A stretch of DNA of 37,432 bases from a virus (Duplodnaviria > Caudoviricetes): IMG/VR virus record IMGVR_UViG_3300008266_000190, positions 1 through 37,432 of that record, one strand, 5' to 3'. The notes beneath the pieces are model-generated. The model did not search any database and was not told the DNA's origin. It was given only the letters and a program-made list of their open reading frames with translations. Made by a program: the position numbers and the translations under genes. Of the stretch, positions 34,859 to 37,432 are shown piece after piece; within the stretch, counting starts at the first letter, position 1; each line of letters starts with the position of its first letter.

Positions 34859-35569
34859 CTACTTAATACCATAAAGATCTATTCTAGATCCAATTGCAAA
34901 CGCTCCAGAATTTGATGGAGTTAGATTAATTCTAGTTATTCCATTGGTACCAGTATAACTAAACGCTTGAAATAATGCGAATGATCCGCTCAACTGATTT
35001 GCCCAAGCGTGTGCGTAATAAGTACCAACCTTACTTTGAGTATTATTGTACTGTGAAATTTTCATCTCTAGGATTCCCCAATTGTTAACGGTATTTGAGG
35101 CTGTCGATATACCAGAGTAAACCTTAATTTTATCTTGAGAAGTTAAGGTTTCTAATGTTCTTAGGCTTGAATCAATTTTAACTCCATAATAATTATATTT
35201 TGCGTTAGATGCTGCTGTGTCCGTATTAAATGTAATGTCTACATTAAGGACATCAGTGTTTAGTGATCCAGTTGCAGTATTTCTTGCCTGCACAATCAAC
35301 AATAAGTCTTTATATGTTGTTGGAATTGAGGTAATCGATACTGTTGACGCTGCTGCGGTCAAGGTATTAGATGAAATCGTATCATAGTATACCGAGTCTC
35401 CAGATGGGGATTCTGACCATGAAATTCCAGTCGATGTCGAACTTTGAGCCTGAGCAACAAGTCCGTCACTTTCAACTGCCAATAACTGCGTAGATGTTCC
35501 ATTGTGAATATAAATTGAGCCCTTTACGCTTAGCGACGATGACAAGATCGATGTAGTTGAAATTGACAT
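34859..35569 (-). CDS. Tail-fibre/receptor-binding-like protein, paralog 3
   Basis: KGSIY..LAV..G.SW module plus SVSITSIPTTYKDL...GSRIDLYGIK. Confidence 0.75.
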   Translation of the reverse strand: MSISTTSILSSSLSVKGSIYIHNGTSTQLLAVESDGLVAQAQSSTSTGISWSESPSGDSVYYDTISSNTLTAAASTVSITSIPTTYKDLLLIVQARNTATGSLNTDVLNVDITFNTDTAASNAKYNYYGVKIDSSLRTLETLTSQDKIKVYSGISTASNTVNNWGILEMKISQYNNTQSKVGTYYAHAWANQLSGSFALFQAFSYTGTNGITRINLTPSNSGAFAIGSRIDLYGIK

Positions 35570-35578
35570 TTTTTACCT

Positions 35579-36316
35579 TTATGCGTATGTACGAATTGAT
35601 TTTCTAATTCCCCACAAAGACATTGTTGACCCAGCCCCAAATGTCCCGTCATTTTGTGCAGATTTTATAGTAAGGCTTGTAAGGGCGGAACTGGTCGCTG
35701 TAAAGGTGCCTGCTTCCATATGTGAAATACCAAATCCGCTTCCTGATGTGGCTTGCGGGGTAGCGTGCGCATACTCATAAATTATTCCGTGCGTATGAGC
35801 CCTTGTACTTACTTGGCCACTTGCACCACCCCAGTTAAAGAAAAGAAAACTAAATGTATAATTTCCGTTTTGCGAAACGCTGCTTGCTTCCACAGCAAGA
35901 TACGTTGCATTGTCGTTATACTGTCTTTCAAATCCACCAGTACTAGTACCAACATCTAGGTATGGAAAACCTCCAGTCGTACTAGTGTTATTTGTTAGGA
36001 TGATACCACCATTGAATACTCCCGCTAGACCAACGAATGTTCCAGTAAGAAGAAAATGGTCATACGCTGACTGCGGGGCGCTTGATATCGTTATTGAGGT
36101 TGCTGATGCAGTCGCACTTGATGATGCAATTAATACAAAATCACCAACATTTACCGTTTTTGACTCCCACGCAATTCCCAATGGCGCGGTAGATCTTGCA
36201 GTAAGAATTTGATTATTTGAACCAATATCAAGACGACTTCTAGAGGACGAACTGTGTGTGAGTATGTCGCCCTTGGCGCTAACTGGATTTAAACTGATTT
36301 CACCTTGTGTTGGCAT
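35579..36316 (-). CDS. Tail-fibre/receptor-binding-like protein, paralog 2
   Basis: KGDIL..GSNNQILTARS..G.AW plus SITISSAPQSAY...GSTMSLWGI. Confidence 0.75.
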   Translation of the reverse strand: MPTQGEISLNPVSAKGDILTHSSSSRSRLDIGSNNQILTARSTAPLGIAWESKTVNVGDFVLIASSSATASATSITISSAPQSAYDHFLLTGTFVGLAGVFNGGIILTNNTSTTGGFPYLDVGTSTGGFERQYNDNATYLAVEASSVSQNGNYTFSFLFFNWGGASGQVSTRAHTHGIIYEYAHATPQATSGSGFGISHMEAGTFTATSSALTSLTIKSAQNDGTFGAGSTMSLWGIRKSIRTYA

Positions 36317-36318
36317 AA

Positions 36319-37023
36319 TTAATCCTTAATTCCAAACATATCAATCCTAAATGATTGAGTTGGAAATCCGTATGATGATGGATAAAACACTAATGAGGTT
36401 ACTGGAACTTTTGAATTTGGGCTTCTTACTGAAAAATATCCTCTTGACATTCTTCCCTTTGAGGCTCCAGCAATTTGCCGTGCAATGTATCCACCTTGCC
36501 ACCACCCACTAACGGCACTTGTTGAGTAATTTCTAATGTATATTTGAAATACAGATCTATAAGTATCATTGTATGGAATTATGGCAACGTCAATAACAGA
36601 GTTTCCATTAACTGTTGAGTCTGAAATTGTTGTTGCTGTTGCGAATGCAGTAATAATTGATCTGTCGATTGTTGTTCCAGTATCTCCATTAAGACTTAGG
36701 TTTAGTGTCGCGATATTTGTTGATGTTCCTGTTGAGTGCTTTGCAGTTCCAATAATTAGTAAATCTTTGTATGTTTGCGGTATACTGCTAATTGTCACTG
36801 ATACTGCTGCAACAGAGATTGTCGTAGATGAGATCGCTACAAATTTTTGTGCAGTTCCTTCATTTGGGGTTTCCCACTGCAAGCCACTTGCGGTAGATGA
36901 TCTTGCAATAAGAATTTGACCATCAGTACCTTTATTTACAACATATCCAGCGGTACCGTCAGAAGATAAAATGTCACCACTTGATCTAAGGGCAATCCCG
37001 TCTCCAATAAAACCAACAGACAT
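36319..37023 (-). CDS. Tail-fibre/receptor-binding-like protein, paralog 1
   Basis: SGDIL..GTDGQILIARS..GLQW plus SVTISSIPQTYKDL...IDMFGIK. Confidence 0.75.
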   Translation of the reverse strand: MSVGFIGDGIALRSSGDILSSDGTAGYVVNKGTDGQILIARSSTASGLQWETPNEGTAQKFVAISSTTISVAAVSVTISSIPQTYKDLLIIGTAKHSTGTSTNIATLNLSLNGDTGTTIDRSIITAFATATTISDSTVNGNSVIDVAIIPYNDTYRSVFQIYIRNYSTSAVSGWWQGGYIARQIAGASKGRMSRGYFSVRSPNSKVPVTSLVFYPSSYGFPTQSFRIDMFGIKD

Positions 37024-37352
37024 TAGGCAATCTCCGTTCCAAAGACGTTGAACGACACTTCAGCGGTTGATGATTGAACGGTCACAACGTCCGATGCGTC
37101 GGCGGTGACCCCAAGCGTAAATGCTGCGGTTTGACCAGCCCCAAGCGTCACATCATAAACAAGGTAGTGCTTTGCCTCAAGCGTTTCCCCGTCAGGTCGT
37201 ACCGCAATGCGCACGTTGGCAGATCCAACGCCTTGATTGCACGCCGTGATTGTAGAGATGACCGCCTGCGTTGCAGACGGAACCGTGTACGCCGTCGTCG
37301 CGGAAGCCGCTGACGGGGCGATCTGTCCTAGAACCTTATATGTCGTTGCCAT
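37023..37352 (-). CDS. Small beta-sandwich virion protein
   Basis: MATTYKVLGQ.APSA...YTVP..VISTI..CN...FNVFGTEI family recalled from freshwater phage tail regions. Confidence 0.8.
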   Translation of the reverse strand: MATTYKVLGQIAPSAASATTAYTVPSATQAVISTITACNQGVGSANVRIAVRPDGETLEAKHYLVYDVTLGAGQTAAFTLGVTADASDVVTVQSSTAEVSFNVFGTEIA

Positions 37353-37432
37353 TTATGCTCCCATCAGTAAGAAAGCGTCCAAACCGCCGGACGACAGCGT
37401 TTGATTGACCCACTGGCTGGTTGAAGCCTGCC
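37353..37432 (-). CDS. 3' end of a truncated tail gene
   Basis: Frame reads ...SQWVNQTLSSGGLDAFLLMGA*, with TAA abutting the next ATG. Confidence 0.6.
   Translation of the reverse strand, partial: QASTSQWVNQTLSSGGLDAFLLMGA

Overview
The window is most of a dsDNA tailed-phage genome, truncated inside a tail gene at the right end. I see no integrase, repressor, DNA polymerase, primase, tRNA or CRISPR array. Layout: (i) a GC-rich putative early arm (about 1-6.8 kb, mostly + strand) of small acidic, Zn-ribbon or membrane proteins, an RlpA-like protein and a DnaB helicase, driven by TTGACA-N18-TAGnnT promoters. (ii) A long minus-strand block with recombination genes (Cas4-like PD-(D/E)XK nuclease, ERF SSAP, resolvase-like), morphogenesis genes (terminase, portal, two very large putative internal/ejection proteins, scaffold, N4-gp56-type capsid, adaptor, two tail hub-like proteins), lysis genes (C39 peptidase, holin) and AT-rich paralogous tail-fibre-like genes. 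The most notable system is a dispersed phage-encoded sugar activation, modification and transfer set: RmlC-like, RmlD-like, an SDR dehydratase/epimerase, a HAD phosphatase, a HIGH-family cytidylyltransferase, GT2 and GT4. It is interleaved with head and packaging genes, and each block lies downstream of a near-consensus TTGACA-N17-TAnnnT promoter. Other highlights: a low-GC GNAT acetyltransferase cassette inside a 1610-aa putative ejected protein; a terminase whose Walker A lies upstream of any ATG/GTG/TTG (probable CTG start); and strong GGCC/CCGG depletion in the early arm. All family assignments come from motif recognition by eye, not database searches.
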